A DNA stretch of 62,923 nt, filler included, from Octopus bimaculoides (Eukaryota), in assembly GCF_001194135.2 (NCBI RefSeq). It is 4 parts of 4 records of this genome, joined end to end, with 100 filler letters (N's around TTAATTAATTAA, not from the genome) between each part and the next. Parts side by side here need not be neighbours in the genome. Positions count along the whole stretch, not along the records: positions 39,480 to 61,417 come from NC_069004.1; positions 61,518 to 62,923 come from NW_026308549.1; 2 more parts are not named here. One strand, 5' to 3'. Below the pieces are notes generated by a model. The model worked only from the letters and a program-made list of their open reading frames with translations, did no database searches and was not told the DNA's origin. Below are positions 52,930 through 62,923 of the stretch, piece by piece; position 1 is the stretch's first letter, and every line of letters begins with the position of its first letter. A program made the position numbers and the translations under genes.

Positions 52930-53270
52930 GTGACTGAGTGATAAGAAGTTTGCTTGCCAACCACATGGTTCTGGGTTCAATCCCACTGCGTGGCATCTTG
53001 GGAAAGTGTCTTCTACTATAGTCTCAGGTTGACCAAAGCTTTATGAGTGGATTGGTAGAAGGAAACTGAAAGAAGCCCGTCATATGTAAATATATATGTG
53101 TGTGTATACGTATTTTTTTATGTCTTAGTTCTCCACCGGTGTTGATGTTTTTTATGTCCCTGTACATTAGCAGTTCGGCAAAAGAATAACTACTAGGCTT
53201 AAGGGATGAGAAAAAAACTAGATTCTTCGGTCGATTCATTCGAATAAACATTCTTCAAGGCGGTGCTCCA
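52930..53270 (+). mobile_element. SINE family A
   Basis: Homology to other copies. Confidence 0.85.
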
Positions 53271-53289
53271 CACACACACACATATATAT

Positions 53290-53342
<53 letters not shown>

Positions 53343-54304
53343 NNNNNNNNNNNNNNNNNNNNNNNNNNNNNNNNNNNNNNNNNNNNNNNNNNNNNNNNNN
53401 NNNNNNNNNNNNNNNNNNNNNNNNNNNNNNNNNNNNNNNNNNNNNNNNNNNNNNNNNNNNNNNNNNNNNNNNNNNNNNNNNNNNNNNNNNNNNNNNNNNN
53501 NNNNNNNNNNNNNNNNNNNNNNNNNNNNNNNNNNNNNNNNNNNNNNNNNNNNNNNNNNNNNNNNNNNNNNNNNNNNNNNNNNNNNNNNNNNNNNNNNNNN
53601 NNNGTATCAATATGTATTAGTGAGCTAAATATCCCTTTGGAGTAGAAAATATTGTAAGCCGTTCATGAGACTCAAACCCAGATCTCTTGCAGACATAGCA
53701 GGCGTTCTGCCGTTGGACCAAAGTATTCTATCCTAATTCTCTATTCATCTTAGAAAGTTTATCTTTATCAGCGAGAATTGCATGTTGTTGAGGTCATAAG
53801 AATTTATAAACTTCGGGAAGATGAAATGGAGGCTTTTTAGGACCGAGGGATCTCGAATCAAATAAAGCTGTACATAATAGCGGGTAAATATTGGATAAAA
53901 AATACTCTTTGGCTAAAAGTATCGACTGTTGCTTTTGCGACTCGAAACCGCACCTACTTTTTACGTTATATCAGTAGTAGAGAACAACGGCATCATAAAA
54001 GACTCCTAAAGACAAGTCAATAGTCTTTGCCTCGTGTCTAAAGACAGATGGCATGCTTTAGCATTTATCCAAAACAAATTTATCAAAGAATTTAGTTTAT
54101 ATCGCAGTTTTCATCAGCGGTTTACATCATTCTTAGATATTCAACGTCGTCAAAACACCCAGGTATTGGAGTGTATTTATGTATGTCTGTACAAACAACA
54201 CACACAAACACATATATCAATATATAATATGTGTGTGTGTATGTATATATGTATATATATATATATATATACATACATACACACACACACACATATATAT
54301 ACAT

Positions 54305-54363
<59 letters not shown>

Positions 54364-54508
54364 TAATTAAATAGTTACCAGGGTAGCAAAAATTCACATA
54401 AGTGACAAGTATATTACTCAATGCTGTTTTCGAAACATAAGTTGGAAGTTTAAATGATTTGAATAACACCTGCGTTTGACTCCATTTCTCAATTTCTCTC
54501 TCTTTCTT

Positions 54509-54553
<45 letters not shown>

Positions 54554-54880
54554 NNNNNNNNNNNNNNNNNNNNNNNNNNNNNNNNNNNNNNNNNNNNNNN
54601 NNNNNNNNNNNNNNNNNNNNNNNNNNNNNNNNNNNNNNNNNNNNNNNNNNNNNNNNNNNNNNNNNNNNNNNNNNNNNNNNNNNNNNNNNNNNNNNNNNNN
54701 NNNNNNNNNNNNNNNNNNNNNNNNNNNNNNNNNNNNNNNNNNNNNNNNNNNNNNNNNNNNNNNNNNNNNNNNNNNNNNNNNNNNNNNNNNNNNNNNNNNN
54801 NNNNNNNNNNTATATATATATATATATGTATGTATAAATATAAGTGTGTGTGTATATATGTATATATATATATATTGTAT

Positions 54881-54928
<48 letters not shown>

Positions 54929-55019
54929 GCATATTAAATATTTTGCACTGAAATCGTGATAACATTTTGGCTTTGTCGTTTCTATTAATTGTATACATTA
55001 TATTTTCGCATAAACCTTC

Positions 55020-55900
55020 CCCTAATGCTTGCCGGTTAACAGTGTCGAAGTCCTTCGTAAGGTCAAAGAATGCCATGAACGACTCTTGATTTTTCTCATG
55101 TACCCTCTCCATCACCTGTGTAAAAGTAAAGATCATGCCGATAATGCTGCACTGTGGTTCTGGATCGATATCGTTTACAACGTGTTTGATGGTCTCGTCA
55201 AGAATGAATTGAGCAAGAGTCTTACCAGGAATAGACACAAGCGATATCCCATAATGATTATTATTCTGCTTCCCTTATTCTTCCCTTCTGTTCTTCTATT
55301 TTGTTCTCTTCTTCCCTTGTTCTTCCCTTCTGTTTCTCTTGTTCTTACAGAGATGTTGAATCGAGGCATCCTTGAAGTCCTCTGGTACGCAGTTTACAAT
55401 CCAAGTATTTATGAAGAGGTCATGCAATTTCTTAAAAAAGCTTCTGCCCTCCATGCTTGTAGATTTCAGGAGGGACAGCATCCTTGCCAGGCACATTGCC
55501 AGGAGAGATCTCTTTAACATAGTTTATCACTTCCGATATTTCAGCGTGCTGTGGAATTGATATTAGTAAGTGAGGTGGAGCTCAACACGGTTCCGAAGTG
55601 ATCTTTGCATCGTTTCAAGAAGTCAGATTTGTCAGTCAACGATGTCTCTCTATTGGATGAAATGAAAACAACAGGAGTAACGCCGTGCTCTTGAGGACCA
55701 TACACTTTCTAAAAAAAACTTTAGAATTCTTTCTGTGTGTAGCTTCTTAGATTTCAGTGGGCTTGGAAGACTACCAAGCGTCCTTCATCTGTTTCTGAGC
55801 ACTATGTGCCTGGCCTCTGCATTTCTTATAATCATTCTCTTTCCTGGATGACTTCCTTTGCATATACTATACGGGCACAAAATGTGTGCCGGTGGCCAAC
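55020..55900 (-). mobile_element. RTE/BovB-like LINE internal fragment (RT N-terminal part)
   Basis: KKLHDLFINTWIVNCVPEDFKDASIQHL; SIPGKTLAQFIL; MIFTFTQVMERVHEKNQESFMAFFDLTKDFDTVNRQAL. Confidence 0.88.
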
Positions 55901-56623
55901 TGGAAAAGATGTGTTCCTAAGGCGCAGAAAAATTGATAATTAAATCGAGTTGGCGTTCACTCTTTACAAAACAAAAGTCTTTTCAGATCACTCTTGTATA
56001 GGACTGCCATATCATGTTGTCAAATAAATTTTACTATATATATGCGTAAGGCACTTCCGCCATGTACCAACGTCTACTTATTTCCACAAATGAGTCATGG
56101 GAAAACTTGGAATGACTCTGTAGAAACCATGCCAAACATGCCCCTTGATACTGCGTTGTTGTATTGAACCGATCGAACACAGAAGTGAAATTTATTTCTT
56201 AACCGCACAGAAATATTGATAATTAAATCGAGTTGGCGTTCTAAAGATGGAAATATTTTTTTGCACTCTTTACAAAACAAGAATCTTTTCAGATGAAAAA
56301 TTACAACAAAAACTTCTTTAAAAAAAACATTTTAAAGAAATCATCTCCCTCAGAGTTCTGTGCTTTAGCAATGATATAAAATAGGATAAAAATCTTTAAG
56401 AAAATCCCCTTCATCTGAACACCTCCACCAACTTCAAAAAGAAAAAGAAAAGTTCACACAAATTCAACCCCAAAGAAACGAGAAATCGATAAAAGACAAT
56501 TGATTTGGTCTCAGACGCTTCCCATACCATTTTATGTTGATCAGAGTTCTTGTTTTTCATATGTGTGTGTATTCGTCTGTGTGAGTATATATACATGTGT
56601 GCGTGTTTGTATATACATATACG

Positions 56624-56680
<57 letters not shown>

Positions 56681-57949
56681 NNNNNNNNNNNNNNNNNNNN
56701 NNNNNNNNNNNNNNNNNNNNNNNNNNNNNNNNNNNNNNNNNNNNNNNNNNNNNNNNNNNNNNNNNNNNNNNNNNNNNNNNNNNNNNNNNNNNNNNNNNNN
56801 NNNNNNNNNNNNNNNNNNNNNNNNNNNNNNNNNNNNNNNNNNNNNNNNNNNNNNNNNNNNNNNNNNNNNNNNNNNNNNNNNNNNNNNNNNNNNNNNNNNN
56901 NNNNNNNNNNNNNNNNNNNNNNNNNNNNNNNNNNNNNNNNNNNNNNNNNNNNNNNNNNNNNNNNNNNNNNNNNNNNNNNNNNNNNNNNNNNNNNNNNNNN
57001 NNNNNNNNNNNNNNNNNNNNNNNNNNNNNNNNNNNNNNNNNNNNNNNNNNNNNNNNNNNNNNNNNNNNNNNNNNNNNNNNNNNNNNNNNNNNNNNNNNNN
57101 NNNNNNNNNGTGTGAAAGAAAGAGTGAGAAAGAGAGCGAAAGTGAGAGAAAATCTGCAAATAACGTACACCTCAAATCGAGAACCAGTAACAAATATTAC
57201 ATGGTAAAACGAAATAGATGAATAAAATATAAAAAATTCTGGAGTTGAATTAAACTAACAACATGCTGTGCAGATTCCATTGATCTGCATCTTAAAAATT
57301 CACACTCCATGATGAATAGTTTACGCGAGTGCAAGCATATTGATGAAAATTTAAATTTCATAAACAACAAGAAATAGCAACAGGTGTAAAAGTCTATGGA
57401 AATGCTAAAATGTAGCAAACACAAGTATTTAGCAGAGAAATGATTTTTTTAAAAAACTGTTACTGCAATGGTGGTTCATTTATTAGGGTACGCTTTACGG
57501 AACTGTTAAGCATGGTTAGATATGGCGACCAGATCGTTCTCGCTCAATTTATACCCTTAGAACTTACTGACAGCAGGGTAACTACTTTCGAGACAATAAT
57601 GCTAGACGTTCTGTATATGAATATTATATGGGTTTGGAAAGCTTTTGATCAAACGCATGTTAGATTATTAAAGATTTATGGTTAAAGCAAGAGAACACTT
57701 ACGAACACGTGTACACATTCACCCAAACAGAAACACATATGTCCATGCACATAGACATTTAAGCTTTTCCATATTTAATTTAACACCCTGTCAAGAAGAA
57801 ATAAACTGTATGAGGGAATTTCTGTCTAATTGTTTAGCGTGTAGAAATAGTGATTAAATCTATCTCAAATACTTTGTACCTTTGTGGGGTACAAGGAATT
57901 TTCTGTCTAATCGCTGAGCGTGTTAGAAATAGCAGCTAAATCTTCCTCA

Positions 57950-58125
57950 AATACTTAGCGGTATTTCGTCCGGCCTTACATTTTGAGTTAAAATTTCATC
58001 GAGGTCGACTTTGCCGTTCATCTTTTCGAGAGTTGATGAAGTAAGTACCAGTTGAACACTGGGATTGAGGTAATCGACTAGCCCCTCTCCCCAATATTCC
58101 AGTCCCTTGCCTATATTAGAAAGGG
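57950..58125 (+). mobile_element. SINE family B, partial
   Basis: Homologous to 24490-24660. Confidence 0.75.
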
Positions 58126-58411
58126 TAATTTAATCCCAGGTCAGTTGTGACCTGGAACTAAACTGACCAGTAAAAAGAAGCAGAATACACACACATGAAT
58201 GAGTGTTTCTAAACTTACCACAAGGAGATTGATTGCTTCTCATCTTTCCTTGGTCAATACATTTAGCCCTAGTATCATACTGGTGTCCATGATAACAACT
58301 ATACACCTTACTTGAACCAGCTAGGTATTAGGCCGATGTAAAAACAAACCTACTATTTCCCGTTTTGGAGGTAAATTGACAGGAAATGTTCAGTGTTTAC
58401 AAAAACAAAAT

Positions 58412-58628
58412 ATTCTTTTCTGGTCTAGGTACAAGGCCCAAATTTTTGGGGGAGGGGTTTAAGTCGATTAGATAGATCCCAGTACCTAACTGGTACTTAA
58501 TTTATCGACCCCGAAAGAATGAAAAGCAAAGTTGACCTCTGCAGAATTTGAACTCAGAACGAAAGACATACGAAATGCCGATAAGCATTTCTCCCGGCGT
58601 GCTAACGTTTCTGCCAGCTCGCCGCCTT
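58412..58628 (-). mobile_element. SINE family B, full length
   Basis: Reverse complement of 24454-24670. Confidence 0.9.
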
Positions 58629-60054
58629 TATTAAGAAATATATTTTCGGCATTAAACTCTACGTTCTACTAAATCCGCTTCGAAANNNNNNNNNNNNNNN
58701 NNNNNNNNNNNNNNNNNNNNNNNNNNNNNNNNNNNNNNNNNNNNNNNNNNNNNNNNNNNNNNNNNNNNNNNNNNNNNNNNNNNNNNNNNNNNNNNNNNNN
58801 NNNNNNNNNNNNNNNNNNNNNNNNNNNNNNNNNNNNNNNNNNNNNNNNNNNNNNNNNNNNNNNNNNNNNNNNNNNNNNNNNNNNNNNNNNNNNNNNNNNN
58901 NNNNNNNNNNNNNNNNNNNNNNNNNNNNNNNNNNNNNNNNNNNNNNNNNNNNNNNNNNNNNNNNNNNNNNNNNNNNNNNNNNNNNNNNNNNNNNNNNNNN
59001 NNNNNNNNNNNNNNNNNNNNNNNNNNNNNNNNNNNNNNNNNNNNNNNNNNNNNNNNNNNNNNNNNNNNNNNNNNNNNNNNNNNNNNNNNNNNNNNNNNNN
59101 NNNNNAAAACGGTTTCAGACAGAAATAAATTAATAGAAAAATAACCAAATGAAAAATATTATTTTATTAGTGAACAAGCTTTTAGTGTCGCAGTGGACTT
59201 CATTGAAGCATCTGTCAACATATTAAGGCTTGTTAATAGAGACTTAACTTTGAGTTGATCACAACTCGGGTCGTGACTAAAATGTGCTCATATTGGTTCA
59301 TATTGTCACCAAGCCGCCGCAATTGACAGCTATTTTTTTTCCACGTTAGTTCTTTAAACTGAAAATTTAGTTTCAGATCCTTTCGTTGAATTTCTTTCTA
59401 TCGTTATAATAGTTCAACGGTTTCCTGGTTTCCTGTTTTATCTGTGATATTCAACTGTTTAATCTCGGCTTCCCTTCCCAACTCTATAACAACATTTGCA
59501 AAATCACCGAACAAAAAAAAAAAAGCAAAAACAAAAAAAAAAACAATAATTTTTATTTTTTACATTTGATAATATTGAAATTTTGTTTTGGAGTAATGAA
59601 AATAATCAAAAACCAGAATTATAAATTATAATAAATAAAGAAATTGAAAAAGATTGGAAATGTGCTTCAAAGAAATACGCAACCTTACACACTATGTTTA
59701 AGAAACCACTCTCTCTTTCCTTCACATACATGCAAGACAATGGCCACAATATGCAGACACATACAGGCAGGCAGTCAACGTATTTTCTTATTAATTTTTT
59801 CTTTTATTGCAATAAAACGCTGGATGTTGGGGCTACTGCCTTCGTGAATCTCAATGTTTATTTACGTTTATGGTTGAAGTTCAATTCCTGGTTCAGTTGA
59901 ATTTGCATTGCATCATTTTAGGGTCAAACATTAAATGAGTTCTGAAGTTTGTTTGTATTTAACAACAACCGTTCACAAAAATGCTTTTCAATGTGCAGAG
60001 AGGGTCACAGTAAGGGAGTAAGAAAGATATGTAGATATTATAATCAGTAGGGGT

Positions 60055-60540
60055 GGGCATGGCTGTGTGGTTAGTAATTTTCTTACCAACCACACGGTTC
60101 CGGGTTCAGTCCCACTGCATGGGAATTTGGGCAAGTGTCTTCTTCTAAATTCTCGGACCGACCAAAGATTCGTGAGTGGATTTGGAAGACGGAAACTGAA
60201 AGAAGGCCGTTGTATATGTATATATATATAAAAGCAGCTATCGTGAAATTGGACAATAGAAAGACTTCTGGTGTGGATGGATTAATCATTTTGTCTGTCC
60301 TTGTTTGCCCCCTCTATGTTTAGCCCCTTGTGGGCAATAAAGGATCAAGAAACGTTAGCTCGCCAGGCAAAATGCTCAGCGGTATTTCGTCTGTCTTTAC
60401 GTTCTGAGTTCAAATTCCGCCAAAGGCAATCTCGCTTTCATCCCTTGTGGGGTCACTGAAATAAGCCAGGTTGAGCACTGTTGTCTAAGTAATAAACTAG
60501 ATCTCTCCCTTACAAAATTTCAAGTATCGTACCTATAGTA
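60055..60540 (+). mobile_element. Cluster of SINE family A head and family B pieces
   Basis: Family A head at 60055-60215; family B-type segments at 60280-60540. Confidence 0.75.
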
Positions 60541-61372
60541 GAAGCGATTGTAATTGTAGTAGTAGTAGTAGGAGTAGTAGTAGTTGTAGTAGTAGTAGTA
60601 GTAGTAGTAGTAGCTTTTTGCTTTTGTTGCATCTGTTATTTCTGACAGTTGTATTCTGAGACATCGTAAAAGCTTTCCTATCGAGTCGCATTTACTAATT
60701 AATAAGTGTGCGAAGAATGATCTTAAGACAGAAGAACGTGGTTTGAGGAACATTTAGCTGCTATATCTAACAACCAATACAACCAATACAAACGCATGTT
60801 GCTTCTCAGACACAAACAAAAGCGGCGCTATATTATTTCAATTGCGTTGTGTATTTTGGCAGATTCACACATTGTAAAAGCCGTTTGCTCGCAGATATTC
60901 CCAAATCACAAGTCGATAATATATCAAGTTATCACGTGAAAAATTTTCCGGAATATTGAATGAAGGAAAGAAGGAATGAAAAAAAAATTGCAGCCAATGA
61001 ATAATTTTATTTTTATTGGAAATGATGGGTTAGCAGTAACTTCGTTTTAACGTATTCCTTTGCTAGGAAGTTTTTACCATTTTATTTTTATGTATAAAAT
61101 ATAAAACGCATTTCTGTACATAGAATATTCCTTATGAAAACATTTACATTAAAACCTGATCATTGTAATCCTTTTAACCTCATTTTATCATCCCTCGTAA
61201 GATTTATAGGGGCAGAATGCGACCGTGGTTTGAGATGCTTGTCTCCCAAAGATATGATCTTCGGTTCAAAGATGGTGTGTAGAAAAATTGAGCTAGTGAC
61301 ATCTACTATACTTTCTACCGGAGCAAAGCCTTGTGAGTGGAGTTGTTTGACAGGAACTGAAAGACACCCGTC

Positions 61373-61417
<45 letters not shown>

Positions 61418-61518
61418 NNNNNNNNNNNNNNNNNNNNNNNNNNNNNNNNNNNNNNNNNNNNTTAATTAATTAANNNNNNNNNNNNNNNNNNNNNNNNNNN
61501 NNNNNNNNNNNNNNNNNA

Positions 61519-61767
61519 AAGAAGGCAAATTCAACAGGACTTAGTAGCTATATCTGGGAATTAAAGGGCAATAATATAGCATACAAACTAAAATGGCATA
61601 TACTAAATTCAGTAAATTCTTATAATTCAACTAACAGACATTGCGACCTCTGCCTAACTGAACGCCTTGAAACCCTAATGGCTACAATACACCTTTTAAA
61701 CAAGAAATATGAAAGTAACCTAATTTGTCTACACACTACAAAATTTTCATTTTCTAAGTATAATTAA
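61519..61767 (+). mobile_element. Penelope-like element, C-terminus of GIY-YIG endonuclease ORF
   Basis: My translation (absent from the ORF track): KKANSTGLSSYIWELKGNNIAYKLKWHILNSVNSYNSTNRHCDLCLTERLETLMATIHLLNKKYESNLICLHTTKFSFSKYN*. It matches the PLE pattern STxLSxYIWxLK...W.I....Y...CxLCLxE....LLNK...CxH. Confidence 0.85.
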
Positions 61768-62177
61768 ATATGTAAAAAACATTTCACTTTCTAAGTATAA
61801 TTAAATATGTAAAAAAGAATTTTCCTTTTCTAAGTATAATTAAATATAATTAAATATTAATAAAGTCAGAGTTAGCTCCCTCTTCACCAAAACTTAGAGA
61901 TACTCCCCTTTACTAACACCGCTGGTGCTAAAAAACAAAAACACTTGCTCGAATTTTAAAAACATCCACGTGCGGAATGTGTTTGACCAAATTGGAACTA
62001 CGAGCTTGAACAGCACCCACCCTACCTCTCCTTCACAGAAAGACTATTAACACAACTTCGACTAAAATGTAAGACTAACTTTACCTAACTCTATTCTTAT
62101 ACCACTATATGCATTACTATATCCCCTAACTGTTATTCCTGCATCTATCACACCATGAACTTTAACATACTTCTCAA

Positions 62178-62229
62178 CATTCTGAAGAGATCTGCCAATC
62201 AAACTGGCAGATCGAAACGATCGTCAATG
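62178..62229 (+). ncRNA. Type I hammerhead ribozyme (minimal, palindromic stem III)
   Basis: CATT-CTGAAGA-GATCTGCCA-atcaaac-TGGCAGATC-GAAAC-gatc-GTC-AATG; all conserved core nucleotides, perfect 9-bp stem II, 4-bp stem I, GUC site with predicted cleavage after 62225. Confidence 0.88.
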
Positions 62230-62329
62230 AATCATTATACAATCTCCACATAATTAATTAAATCAATGGCTAACTAGTGCAATTGATCTGCTTCTTCTTG
62301 TGTTTGTTTCTCCATTCTCCACATTCTTT

Positions 62330-62529
62330 TACTAGTTTCAGTGATTTTGACTGTGGCATGCTGGAGCACCGCCTTTAGTCGGACAAACTGACCCAGGACT
62401 AACTCTTTGTAAGTCGAATATTTATTCTATCAGTCTTTTTGCCAAATCGATAAGTTATGGGCAAGTAAACACAGCACCATCAGTTCGGTTGTCAAGTGAT
62501 GGTGGAGGGACATACACAGACACACAAAT

Positions 62530-62592
<63 letters not shown>

Positions 62593-62750
62593 ATTGTCTT
62601 CTTTCAGTTTCCGTCTACCAAATACACTCACAAGGCTTTGATCAACCCAAGGCTATATTAGAAGGGCACTTGCCCAAGGTGCCATGCAATGGGACTGAAC
62701 CTGGAACCATGTTGTTGGGAACCAAGCTTCTTACCACACAGTCACACTTG
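62330..62750 (-). mobile_element. SINE family A
   Basis: Reverse-complement homology to other copies. Confidence 0.88.
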
Positions 62751-62923
62751 AACCTATAAAAGATCTGCCCCAGATGAGGGGGCATGACTGCCAGAAGGGA
62801 AGCTAGGAGACAAGTTTACTTAGCCAGAGGGGAAGCAGATAAGAACAAATTTGCCAATGTTCCACACCGTGAGGACCAAAGACTTGAATTATTTCGTGTT
62901 GCAAGACAGTGTGTGAGAGAGAA

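Noticed and set aside
53645-53720. tRNA gene on the minus strand
   Set aside because: A/B-box-like remnants only; no clean cloverleaf, so more likely a decayed SINE head.

Overview
AT-rich, gap-riddled, repeat-saturated eukaryotic DNA. The SINE families, microsatellite load and assembly style suggest a cephalopod, probably Octopus; this is an inference, not a database match. No intact protein-coding gene is recognisable. One short non-repetitive stretch ending in a strong splice donor (6869-7005) may be an exon, so the window may be intronic. The identifiable content is decayed mobile DNA: RTE, CR1/Crack-like, R4/Dong-like, HERO-like and Penelope retroelements; mariner/Tc1, piggyBac and hAT transposase remnants; several MITEs; and three tRNA-derived SINE families in many copies. 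Best observations: (1) an intact-looking minimal type I hammerhead ribozyme (62178-62229) downstream of a Penelope GIY-YIG ORF end, plus two decayed hammerhead-like motifs in other short repeats; (2) a 318-bp foldback element with an exact 8-bp target duplication whose arms are telomeric repeats, (TTAGGG)n facing (CCCTAA)n, mimicking a telomere fusion scar; (3) an R4/Dong-like element inserted in a (CATA)n tract and RTE copies ending in (TATG)n tails; (4) a 1.1-kb long-TIR element ending in a Transib/RSS-like CACAATG. Most long ORFs in the supplied track are microsatellite or N-gap artefacts. I found nothing that I can support as a wholly new biological system.
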